This document shows positions 1 to 8,432 of a stretch of 64,000 nucleotides of DNA, piece after piece. A program made the translations under genes and the position numbers. The notes beneath the pieces were generated by a model. That model had not been told where the DNA came from. It did not search any database and saw only the letters and a program-made list of their open reading frames with translations. Each line of letters opens with the position of its first letter. Position 1 is the stretch's first letter. Origin of the DNA: Candidatus Planktophila sp. (GTDB lineage: Bacteria; Actinomycetota; Actinomycetes; Nanopelagicales; Nanopelagicaceae); NCBI GenBank assembly GCA_040402335.1, contig JBBAMX010000008.1, positions 4,925 to 68,924 on the forward strand, in the 5' to 3' direction.

Positions 1-739
1 TCTGGACTTTACTCAAGGTTTGTTTGCGAGTTGAACCCATTGACTGTGCGGCTTCAACCGGAGATTGATTGAGATTTCGAATTGCATGCGAAGTAATTCG
101 AATACAGATCGGAATTGCATAAATCATCGTCGCAATCGTTGCCGAGGCGGCTCCAATCATAAAAACAAGTGCGATCGGTGCCATGTAAACGAGCGTTGGT
201 AAAATCTGAGCTAAATCTAGAAATGGCGTCAGAACTTTCAAGGTTCGATCAGAGAGTCCGGCCCAAATACCTAAGGGGATTCCAATCGCTAATGAAAGAA
301 GTACTGCTGCCAATGTCATCGCTATGGAGTCCATAGTGAACTGCCACATTCCAAGTGCGCCACATCCAAGCAAAAGCGAGACTGAAAGCAAAGCGGTGCG
401 CCATGTACTTGTTGCAAATACTAAAAGAGCGACAAGCCCTACTACCCCGAGCCAACCGATTATTGGGATGACGGAGTTAGGTCCAGGAATTGCGATAAGC
501 GCTCGGATGGCCTGCACAAAGCCATCGATAGCGCCACGGATTGGATTAAAGAAATAGACAAAGGCCGTGCTTGTGGTGCGGTTACCGCGCATAGCCAGCG
601 CCCGATCTCCCACGAAAGATGTGAAGGCGGTATTTTCATAAGTAGCTATCTGTAAAGTATTTCTACCTTGGAAAACTCGGGCAGCGAGAATCCATACCGC
701 CACTGATCCCAAAAGCAGATAGGGCTTGCGAATATGCAT
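1..739 (-). CDS. proW: Glycine betaine/proline-type ABC transporter permease (partial, runs off left edge)
   Basis: Not in the ORF track. Manual translation from ATG 739 (TGATG overlap with the ATPase stop) gives MHIRKPY...hydrophobic helices...LAIGIPLGIWAG...LPTLVY...VEAAQSMGSTRKQTLSKVQ, which includes the EAA loop. Confidence 0.85.
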   Translation of the reverse strand, partial: MHIRKPYLLLGSVAVWILAARVFQGRNTLQIATYENTAFTSFVGDRALAMRGNRTTSTAFVYFFNPIRGAIDGFVQAIRALIAIPGPNSVIPIIGWLGVVGLVALLVFATSTWRTALLSVSLLLGCGALGMWQFTMDSIAMTLAAVLLSLAIGIPLGIWAGLSDRTLKVLTPFLDLAQILPTLVYMAPIALVFMIGAASATIATMIYAIPICIRITSHAIRNLNQSPVEAAQSMGSTRKQTLSKVQ

Positions 740-1767
740 CAACTGACCCCGGAGATGATGCGCAACACATCATCACTTGAGACAACTCCTAAGGCTTTAC
801 CGTTATCGCTCACCCTGATTGGGCGATGATCGGCAATAATCAAACTGCAGGCATCACGGATAATCATGTCGGCCGGAAGTTCAGGGCCATCTATAGCTTC
901 GCCAGATTTCGGTGCGCGGGCAAGATATCTAAGCGTTAACACATGAGATTTCGCGATATCGCGAACGAAGTTCGCTACATACTCATCGGCTGGATGAGCT
1001 ACTAAATCCTCAGGAGTTCCAATTTGAACAATGGCACCATCGCGCATGATCGCGATGCGATCTCCTACTTTTACCGCCTCAGATAGATCATGAGTAATAA
1101 AGACCATGGTCTTACCTAGTTCGTGGTGTAAGCGAATTACCTCTTGTTGCATATCGCGTCGAATCAGCGGATCAAGTGCGCTGAAGGGCTCGTCTAAGAA
1201 AAGAACCTGAGGGTCAACGGCGAGTGCTCTAGCTAAACCGACGCGTTGTTGCATGCCGCCCGAAAGCTGTTCGGGATATGCATTTGAATAGCCTTGTAGC
1301 CCCACGAGTTCGATTACTTCATTGGCACGTGCATGACGCTCGGTTTTTTTGACGCCATTGATTTCGAGTGAGTAAGCGATATTGTCGATTACTTTTCGAT
1401 GCGGAAGTAAACCAAAATGCTGAAATACCATGGAGAAACGGGTTTTACGAAGTTCGCGAAGGCGTGCATTATTTACCTTCAATATATCTTCGCCCTCAAA
1501 TGTTAATGAGCCGGCGGTTGGCTCGATGAGTCGGGTCATGCAGCGAACTAAAGTTGATTTTCCGGAGCCCGATAAACCCATGACAACAAAGACCTCGCCA
1601 GGGGCGACATCAAATGAGACATCACGAACTGCGATGGTATTTCCTGTTTGTGCCCGCAGCTCCGATCGCGTTAACTCAGCGAGCCGACTACCGATTACTG
1701 ATGCAGGCTCGGTACCAAAGACTTTCCAGAGGTTTTTAACGCAGATCATCGCCGCATTATCACTCAC
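739..1767 (-). CDS. proV: Quaternary-amine (betaine/proline/choline) ABC transporter ATP-binding protein
   Basis: Walker [41 protein letters not shown], and the ProV/OpuAA-type N-terminus (VKNLWKVFG). Confidence 0.9.
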   Translation of the reverse strand: MSDNAAMICVKNLWKVFGTEPASVIGSRLAELTRSELRAQTGNTIAVRDVSFDVAPGEVFVVMGLSGSGKSTLVRCMTRLIEPTAGSLTFEGEDILKVNNARLRELRKTRFSMVFQHFGLLPHRKVIDNIAYSLEINGVKKTERHARANEVIELVGLQGYSNAYPEQLSGGMQQRVGLARALAVDPQVLFLDEPFSALDPLIRRDMQQEVIRLHHELGKTMVFITHDLSEAVKVGDRIAIMRDGAIVQIGTPEDLVAHPADEYVANFVRDIAKSHVLTLRYLARAPKSGEAIDGPELPADMIIRDACSLIIADHRPIRVSDNGKALGVVSSDDVLRIISGVS

Positions 1768-1779
1768 TGAATTATCCCC

Positions 1780-3252
1780 TTACTGGTGATCTGGAAACCA
1801 TCCTGATCGACTAGGTGCATTGTTGGTCCAAATGTGTTTGATTTCAAGGTACTCACCCAGGCCATGCTCACCTAATTCGCGGCCAATGCCCGACTGCTTA
1901 TACCCACCCCACTCAGCGCCCGGGCGATATGGCCCAAAGTCATTGACCCAGATAGTTCCGTGGCGCAGGGCGCTTGCAACGCGTGCCGCTTTTTCACTAT
2001 CCCCGCTCCATAACCCGCCCGAGAGACCGAAGATCGTGTCATTTGCGATAGCGATCGCCTGCGCCTCGCTATCGAAGATCTCCACCGTCATGACCGGACC
2101 AAAGGACTCGTCTTGAACGCAGGACATGGCGCTCACACAGTTATCTAAAACCGTAGGCAGGTAGTACCAGCCCTGTGAGTGGACGGGATCGGCGCTGCGA
2201 GCGCCTCCGATTAAGAGCGTTGCGCCCTCTGCCAACGCTTTTTCAACGTAGCCGATAACGCTATTTAAATGGCTTTGGCTAATCAGTGGTCCACTCTGTG
2301 CGCTTTCATCGCCACCTAAGCGAATCTGACCTACGCGCCGGACAATCTCGGCCACCACTCGCCCATGAATTGAGCGTTCAACGATTAAACGAGTTCCGGC
2401 CGAGCAGACTTGACCTGAGTGAAGGAAGGCAGCGGTCACTGCGTTATCAATCGCCGAATCCAAATCTGCATCGGCGAAGATGATATGTGGATTTTTGCCA
2501 CCCAGCTCGAGTGCTAACTTCTTAACGGTATCGGCTGCGGCCCGCATGATCGTCTGACCAGTGAGTAAGCCCCCAGTAAAGGAGATTAAGTCGACTCGAG
2601 GATCGTTAATTAATGGAGTTCCAACAACTGCACCTGGTCCCAAAATTAAATTAGCAACACCCGGTGGCGTTCCAGCCTCTTCAATAATTGCAAACAAGGC
2701 GATTGCACTTTGAGGTGTTAACTCACTTGGTTTAACAATGAACGAGCAGCCAGCTACAAGTGCAGGAGCTATCTTCCAAGCGATCTGCAAGAGCGGATAG
2801 TTCCACGGTCCAATTAGGGCTGCAACACCCAACGGCTCACGGACGATTCTGCTCTTTACGTGCGCTAATCCAACGTCGAGGCTTCGTTCACTCTCTCTGC
2901 CACCTAGCGCTGCGAAGTGCCTAAAGGTTGCAACCACATCGGCTACGTCATAAATAGATTCAATTAAACGCTTACCAGTATCTTCACTCTCTTTGCTCGC
3001 AATCTCATCTGCGTCGCGCTCTAAGAGATCGGCGATTCGACCAACTAAGGCGCTTCGCTCGGTGAAACTCCACGCTGTAAAGATGCCGGAGTCAAAGCTG
3101 GCTCGCGCCGCAGCGATCGCATCGCCCACATCAGCGGGCGTGGCCTGTGAAACTACAGCAACGGTTCGCTGATCGTGTGGGCTATGAATCTCATGGGTTT
3201 GAGCATCCGATGCCGAGCGCCACTTGCCATCGATATAGAGTGTTGCAACCAT
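1780..3252 (-). CDS. NAD-dependent aldehyde dehydrogenase (betaine-aldehyde dehydrogenase-like)
   Basis: PWNYP, FTGG, catalytic LELGGKNP and GQVCSAG, ESFGPV. Substrate is inferred from context only. Confidence 0.85.
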   Translation of the reverse strand: MVATLYIDGKWRSASDAQTHEIHSPHDQRTVAVVSQATPADVGDAIAAARASFDSGIFTAWSFTERSALVGRIADLLERDADEIASKESEDTGKRLIESIYDVADVVATFRHFAALGGRESERSLDVGLAHVKSRIVREPLGVAALIGPWNYPLLQIAWKIAPALVAGCSFIVKPSELTPQSAIALFAIIEEAGTPPGVANLILGPGAVVGTPLINDPRVDLISFTGGLLTGQTIMRAAADTVKKLALELGGKNPHIIFADADLDSAIDNAVTAAFLHSGQVCSAGTRLIVERSIHGRVVAEIVRRVGQIRLGGDESAQSGPLISQSHLNSVIGYVEKALAEGATLLIGGARSADPVHSQGWYYLPTVLDNCVSAMSCVQDESFGPVMTVEIFDSEAQAIAIANDTIFGLSGGLWSGDSEKAARVASALRHGTIWVNDFGPYRPGAEWGGYKQSGIGRELGEHGLGEYLEIKHIWTNNAPSRSGWFPDHQ

Positions 3253-3259
3253 AATAGAT

Positions 3260-4696
3260 TTAATCTAGTTGGCTTTTACGCATTGCAACAAACTCATCTA
3301 GCTCTTTGAGCATCGAAGCATCGATCTCTGGGGCGACGTAATCCTCCAGTTTTTTCTTGTAGATATCGGCGGCACGCGCCTTCGTATCTTTGCCGCCCAA
3401 GCGGGTCCAACGCTCGAAGTTATCGCTATTTGTTAAGAAGGGACGGTAGAAACAGTCACGAAAACGCTCCATTGTGTGCGCCGCGCCTAAGAAGTGACCG
3501 CCATGGCCGACCTCTAGGTGGGCATCAAAGGCGAGTGATTCGATATTAAACTCAAGTGGAGTGAACTCGGTCATCAGTGATTGCAGAATTTCGATATCTA
3601 AAACAAACTTTTCATAACATGAGACCAGTCCACCTTCGAGCCAGCCGGCGGTATGCATCACCCAGTTTGTGCCAGATAAGAACGTCGGCATCATTGTCAT
3701 CATTGTTTGATATGCCGACTGGGCATCAACGGTCTGCGAAGAGTTTAAGCCGCCGCCGCCACGAAAGGGAAGGTTAAAGCTGCGTGCAATCTGACCGGTG
3801 CACAGCAGTCCAATTCCAGATTCTGGTGTTCCAAACTGTGGTGATCCTGACTGCATATCGATGTTGGAGAGAAAAGAACCGAAGACAATCGGGCATCCAG
3901 GATTAAGTGTCTGTGCCAGTGCAATTCCAGTTAAGGCCTCGGCGATCTGCTGCGCCAAAGTAGCTGGGATGGTGACCGGGCTCATCGCGCCCATAAGTAA
4001 AAATGGTGTGACAACAACTGGCTGGCCAGCTAAAACATATTCGCGCAATGAGTCCAACATGCGATCATCCCAGCGCAGTGGTGAGTTGCAGTTTACGAGA
4101 GAGATTAGCGCAGGAGTTTCAACGATAGCTTCGCGGCCACCGTGAATGATCTCCGCCATTCGAATTACATCTTTAGCGTTCTCGGCCGTAACCACGTTGC
4201 CCATAAAAAACTTATCGGTGAGGGTGGCGGCGGCATATGCCATATCCAAATGGCGTGAATCAAGCGAGAGATCATTCGGTTCGCAGACGACACCACCGAC
4301 GCTATCGAGTGCATCAAATGACTGCGCTAGCTTGCAAAAGTTTTCATAATCCTTAAATGTTGCATCGCGGCGAATATCGCCTTCGCGAACAAATGGTGGA
4401 CCGTAAACTCCACCAAAGACCATCGAGTTCCCACCGATATGAACATTGTTCTTGGGGTTGCGAGCGCGCAGATTAAACTCACTCGGAGCCAATGCGCACT
4501 GCTTTAATATCCAGTCGGGATCGAACTTAACGTTCTCACCTTCTACGCTCTGTCCGGCATCACGCAGGACATCGATCGCCCATGGTGACATGAACTCAAT
4601 GCCTATCTCAGAGACGATGCGTCGCCACCCTAGAGTTAAGGTCGCCATGGACTCTTGGCTCAAAATCTCGTATCGGGGCATTCGATTTTCAAACAT
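3260..4696 (-). CDS. mttB: MttB-superfamily (trimethylamine methyltransferase family) methyltransferase, pyrrolysine-free (MtgB-like)
   Basis: Family motifs GPPFV, CEPND, NCNSPLRWD, TPFLLMGAMSPVT, GTPES, HTAGWLEGGL, GPGGHF-like GHGGHFLG. No in-frame TAG. SD AAGGAG at 4703-4708. Confidence 0.9.
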   Translation of the reverse strand: MFENRMPRYEILSQESMATLTLGWRRIVSEIGIEFMSPWAIDVLRDAGQSVEGENVKFDPDWILKQCALAPSEFNLRARNPKNNVHIGGNSMVFGGVYGPPFVREGDIRRDATFKDYENFCKLAQSFDALDSVGGVVCEPNDLSLDSRHLDMAYAAATLTDKFFMGNVVTAENAKDVIRMAEIIHGGREAIVETPALISLVNCNSPLRWDDRMLDSLREYVLAGQPVVVTPFLLMGAMSPVTIPATLAQQIAEALTGIALAQTLNPGCPIVFGSFLSNIDMQSGSPQFGTPESGIGLLCTGQIARSFNLPFRGGGGLNSSQTVDAQSAYQTMMTMMPTFLSGTNWVMHTAGWLEGGLVSCYEKFVLDIEILQSLMTEFTPLEFNIESLAFDAHLEVGHGGHFLGAAHTMERFRDCFYRPFLTNSDNFERWTRLGGKDTKARAADIYKKKLEDYVAPEIDASMLKELDEFVAMRKSQLD

Positions 4697-4753
4697 TTAT
4701 CGCTCCTTCGCGCCTATTGACCATTGGACTTACATGAGAATACCCTTAGATAG

Positions 4754-4783
4754 TGGAACAGTGGTTCCATATTATGGAACAGT
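4754..4783. promoter_or_regulatory. Overlapping inverted repeats, putative IclR operator in the divergent mttB/iclR promoter
   Basis: TGGAAC-AGTG-GTTCCA (4754-4769) overlaps GTTCCAT-ATT-ATGGAAC (4764-4780). TGGAACAGT is directly repeated (4754, 4775). Confidence 0.7.
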
Positions 4784-4831
4784 CGTAAAAGCAGTTTCGG
4801 GGCCGATATCGAGCAGAGATGGGGTGTCTAT

Positions 4832-5593
4832 ATGAGCGAGTTAGTAAATGGAACCCAGGCGATAGATCGAGCCAGTGCACTCCTTATCAACGTCCTTGAA
4901 TCATCGACTCCCCCATTATTATCTGAACTATCTCGTACTCATGAGATTCCTAAGAGTACAACATCTCGAATGTTAAGCGCCCTCGAACGCCAAGGTCTTG
5001 TCCGCCGAGATCGCAACGGCGCCTTTATCGCCGGTGATGTTTTAACCCAGTTTGCTCGCTCGCAAAATCATGACTCCGTGCTGGTCGCGCGTATGCACTC
5101 AGTCTTGGAAAAATTAGCAATGAGTACAGGTGAGACGGCCAACTTAGCGGTCTCCAGCAATAGTCAGATGAAGTTAATCGATCAAGTAGATGGTCACTAT
5201 CTATTGGGAGCGACAAACTGGATTGGAAAAGTAATTCCATTTCACGCATCGGCCCTTGGCAAGGTTCTTCTTGCATATGGCGCGGCGACAATTCCACTTG
5301 GAAAATTAGAAAAACTTACTTCTAAGACAATTACTGCGCGCCCCCGCTTATTAAGCGAACTCGAGAGCGTAAGAAAAAAAGGCTACGCGATTATCGTTGA
5401 CGAGCTTGAGGAAGGGCTCGTGGCGGTAGCTGCACCTATTCGTGAAGATGATGGCCGAGTGGTTGGTGCGATTTCAATCTCTGGACCATCGCCACGATTA
5501 ACACAGCGAGATTTAGCAAAGATCGGCGACGTTATTATCCAAGAGATTCACTCACTCCAAAGCCTCAATGAAGGAAAGATAGGTGCAGCATGA
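4832..5593 (+). CDS. IclR-family transcriptional regulator
   Basis: N-terminal HTH (QAIDRA...LSELS...PKSTTSRMLSAL) and C-terminal HASALGKVLLA and GYAI..DELEEGL.AVAAPI motifs. Confidence 0.92.
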   Translation: MSELVNGTQAIDRASALLINVLESSTPPLLSELSRTHEIPKSTTSRMLSALERQGLVRRDRNGAFIAGDVLTQFARSQNHDSVLVARMHSVLEKLAMSTGETANLAVSSNSQMKLIDQVDGHYLLGATNWIGKVIPFHASALGKVLLAYGAATIPLGKLEKLTSKTITARPRLLSELESVRKKGYAIIVDELEEGLVAVAAPIREDDGRVVGAISISGPSPRLTQRDLAKIGDVIIQEIHSLQSLNEGKIGAA

Positions 5594-6255
5594 CTCACGA
5601 TGACATCATCAAGGCGCTCTTTGACGAGACGTTGGTTGGAAACGCTCCCGCGGTTTTAGCGTTAACTAATCAAGGTATCGCCGATGGCATGACTCCCAGC
5701 ACAATTCTCTTCGATGCGCTTATTCCTGCGCTAGAAGAGGTTGGTGCCCGCTTTGAACGCGGCGATTTCTTCGTCCCAGAGATGCTGATCTCTGGCAAGG
5801 CGATGTCTGGTGCGCTGGCTGTACTGCGACCACTGCTTGCCGAGACCGGGGCTGAGACCGTTGGAACGTATTTAATGGGAACCGTAAAGGGCGATGTTCA
5901 CGATATCGGCAAGAACCTTGTCAACATCATGCTCGAGGGTGCTGGCTTTAACGTGATCGATCTCGGCGTCCAAGTGGCTCCGGAAAAATTCATCGCCGGA
6001 ATCCTGGAACACAAGCCCGATATCGTGGGAATGTCGGCATTCCTCACAACAACAATGCCGATGTTTAAAGTCAATATTCATGAAATTACTAAGGCTGGCC
6101 TGCGGGATGAAGTCTTTATCATGGTTGGTGGTGCGCCGGTAACACAGGAGTATGCCGATGTAGTTGGCGCCGATGGCTTTGCCGCCGATGCTTCGACTGC
6201 CGTTCGCATCGCTAAAAATCTAATCGCCAAGAAACGCGCAACGGTCTCCGTATAA
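5590..6255 (+). CDS. Stand-alone corrinoid (B12-binding) protein, MttC/MtbC/MetH-cobalamin-domain type
   Basis: Cap domain (FVPEMLISGKAM) plus the B12 motif GTVKGDVHDIGKNLV, SAFLTTT and VGGAPVTQEYAD. Confidence 0.93.
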   Translation: MTHDDIIKALFDETLVGNAPAVLALTNQGIADGMTPSTILFDALIPALEEVGARFERGDFFVPEMLISGKAMSGALAVLRPLLAETGAETVGTYLMGTVKGDVHDIGKNLVNIMLEGAGFNVIDLGVQVAPEKFIAGILEHKPDIVGMSAFLTTTMPMFKVNIHEITKAGLRDEVFIMVGGAPVTQEYADVVGADGFAADASTAVRIAKNLIAKKRATVSV

Positions 6256-6260
6256 GCCCT

Positions 6261-6641
6261 ATGTTAAAAAAACTGCTCCCCTTTATTGAGCATGCGGTAA
6301 AAAAACCCGTATGGGACTGTCGTATGTGCGGTCAATGTGTTTTGCATTCAACGGGTATGACTTGTCCCATGACTTGTCCGAAGACTTTGCGCAATGGGCC
6401 CTGTGGTGGAGTGCGCGAGAATGGAAACTGCGAAGTAAAACCTGAGATGCAGTGCATCTGGGTCAAAGCTTATGATCGAACAATCTCTCTTCCCTTACCT
6501 AAAGTGTGGAAGGAGCATTACAACGATCTCCGCCCACCTGTTGATATGCAGCTCCAAGGTAGCTCTTCGTGGATTAATTTAGTGACTAAGCGCGATCAGC
6601 AAACTCCTGATGGATGGTCGATCGAAAGTAGCGAGCATTGA
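6261..6641 (+). CDS. MetV-like Cys-rich protein (methylene-THF reductase C-terminal domain family)
   Basis: Eight Cys in CRMCGQC..TCPMTCPKTLRNGPCGG...NCEV...QCIW, overlapping the metF start. Confidence 0.8.
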   Translation: MLKKLLPFIEHAVKKPVWDCRMCGQCVLHSTGMTCPMTCPKTLRNGPCGGVRENGNCEVKPEMQCIWVKAYDRTISLPLPKVWKEHYNDLRPPVDMQLQGSSSWINLVTKRDQQTPDGWSIESSEH

Positions 6642-7537
6642 TATCCGTGCTCAAAGAAAAACTAGAGAGTACTAAAGATTTAGTCTTTACCGCCGAGTTC
6701 CCATCGATAGATGGTGGTGGAATGGAGTTCGTTGAAAAAAACGCTGCCCGCCTAGCTCCCTGGTTTGATGCGGTAAATGCCACCGATAACGCCGCCGCTC
6801 ACGCCCACGCATCAAACACCACAACGGCTGTTGCAATGAAGATGCATGGCTTAGAACCCATTATGCAGATTGTCTGCCGAGATAAAAACCGTATTGCAGT
6901 CCAGTCCGACATGATGGGCGCGGCGCTTCATGGGATTCCAAATATCTCTCTCCTAACAGGTGATGATGTAACTGCAGGAGATGAGCCCGAAGCCCGGAGA
7001 GTCTTTGACATCGATAGCGCTCAAGCTATTAACATCGCCCGAATAATGACGACCGGTAGTTATCTATCGGGTCGAAAGATAAATCCCGCCCCCGATTTCT
7101 ACATTGGTGCCGTTGAAAATGCCTGTGCACCGCCCTTTGATTATCGAATAGCTCGGGCGTTAAAAAAATACCGAGCAGGTGCTAAGTTTTTACAACTTCA
7201 AATCTCTTACCATCCGGATCGCCTTGAGAGCTTTTGTAGGGGTGTGGCCGAAGTCGCCCCAGATTTAAAACTTATTCCAACGATTGTGCTTTTAAAGTCG
7301 GCAAAGTCGCTCAACTTCATCAATGATAAGGTTCCGGGAATCGACGTACCTTCCAATACCTTGGCCCGGATAAACGCCGCGAGTGATGAAAAAAGTGAGA
7401 TTTATAATTTAACGTTGGAGCTAGCCCAACACGCACTCTCACTCCCAGGTGTTCGTGGTTTGCATGTAACTGATTTTCGACATGATGACTCGCTCGATAC
7501 TTTAATGAACGACCTAGGCAGAACACCGAAACGATAG
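6638..7537 (+). CDS. metF: Methylenetetrahydrofolate reductase
   Basis: TAEF, AVNATDN, CRDKNRIAVQSD, LTGD, KKYRAGAKFLQLQ. Confidence 0.85.
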   Translation: MISVLKEKLESTKDLVFTAEFPSIDGGGMEFVEKNAARLAPWFDAVNATDNAAAHAHASNTTTAVAMKMHGLEPIMQIVCRDKNRIAVQSDMMGAALHGIPNISLLTGDDVTAGDEPEARRVFDIDSAQAINIARIMTTGSYLSGRKINPAPDFYIGAVENACAPPFDYRIARALKKYRAGAKFLQLQISYHPDRLESFCRGVAEVAPDLKLIPTIVLLKSAKSLNFINDKVPGIDVPSNTLARINAASDEKSEIYNLTLELAQHALSLPGVRGLHVTDFRHDDSLDTLMNDLGRTPKR

Positions 7538-7547
7538 GGGTACAACT

Positions 7548-8432
7548 TTGCATACAGTTCTCTCTTCTCCTGGCCAAACGGTCACGATCGGTCACGATCA
7601 GCCCTTTTGTATTATCGGAGAGCGCATCAACCCCACGGGACGGAAAAAATTCCAACTCCAACTGCGAGAAGGAAACCTGACCGCGATTGAAAAAGATGTA
7701 GCCGATCAAATTGCAGGTGGTGCAAACGTGCTCGATGTAAATATGGGTGTTCCACTCACCGATGAACCCGCACTTTTATCTAATGCGATTAAGTTAATTC
7801 AATCTATTACCGATATGCCGATCTGCATCGACTCCTCAGTTATCGAGGCGCTACAGGCTGGACTTGAGGCCTATCAAGGCAAGGCGCTCGTGAACAGTGT
7901 TACGGGCGAGGATGAGCGAATGGAGCTCGTTCTGCCGCTCATTAAAAAACATGGTGCGGCGATAATCGCCCTGCCTAACGATGAGACTGGAATTCCAGCG
8001 ACGGCCGCCGAGCGGATGATTATCACTGAAAAAATAGTTAGAGCCGTTGAAAAACACGGGATTGCCTTAGAGGATTTAGTAATCGATCCCTTAGCAATGA
8101 CCGTTGGCGCCGATCCAGAGGCCGTTAAAATTACCTTAGAGACAATCTATTTAATCCGTGAAAAATGGGGATTGAATATGACCCTAGGTGCATCAAATAT
8201 CTCATTCGGGCTTCCTTACCGCCACGCTCTTAACGCCGCATTCCTGCCGGCGGCGATGTCACATGGATTAACTAGTGCGGTCATGGATGCGCGGACACCG
8301 CTCATCGTTGAATCAGTGCGTGCAGCCGATCTGCTTCTTGGACTAGATCCGTGGGGAGCCACTTGGATTACCCGCTTTAGAGCGATGGAGGCGGCGAAGT
8401 TAGCCGCGGCTGTGAATGGAACTGGTGAATAG
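7548..8432 (+). CDS. Pterin-binding methyltetrahydrofolate:corrinoid methyltransferase (MetH pterin domain / AcsE-like)
   Basis: IIGERINPTGRKK, LDVNMG, ICIDSS, LVNSVTGE, IDPLAMTVG, GASNISFGLP. TTG start. Confidence 0.9.
   Translation: MHTVLSSPGQTVTIGHDQPFCIIGERINPTGRKKFQLQLREGNLTAIEKDVADQIAGGANVLDVNMGVPLTDEPALLSNAIKLIQSITDMPICIDSSVIEALQAGLEAYQGKALVNSVTGEDERMELVLPLIKKHGAAIIALPNDETGIPATAAERMIITEKIVRAVEKHGIALEDLVIDPLAMTVGADPEAVKITLETIYLIREKWGLNMTLGASNISFGLPYRHALNAAFLPAAMSHGLTSAVMDARTPLIVESVRAADLLLGLDPWGATWITRFRAMEAAKLAAAVNGTGE

Noticed and set aside
3260-4696. Pyrrolysine recoding in the MttB homologue
   Set aside because: The ORF has no in-frame amber codon and no pyl genes are in the window.
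4697-4831. Cobalamin riboswitch upstream of the corrinoid operon
   Set aside because: The 135-bp gap is too short for two promoters plus an aptamer and lacks recognisable B12-box elements. The palindromes explain it better.
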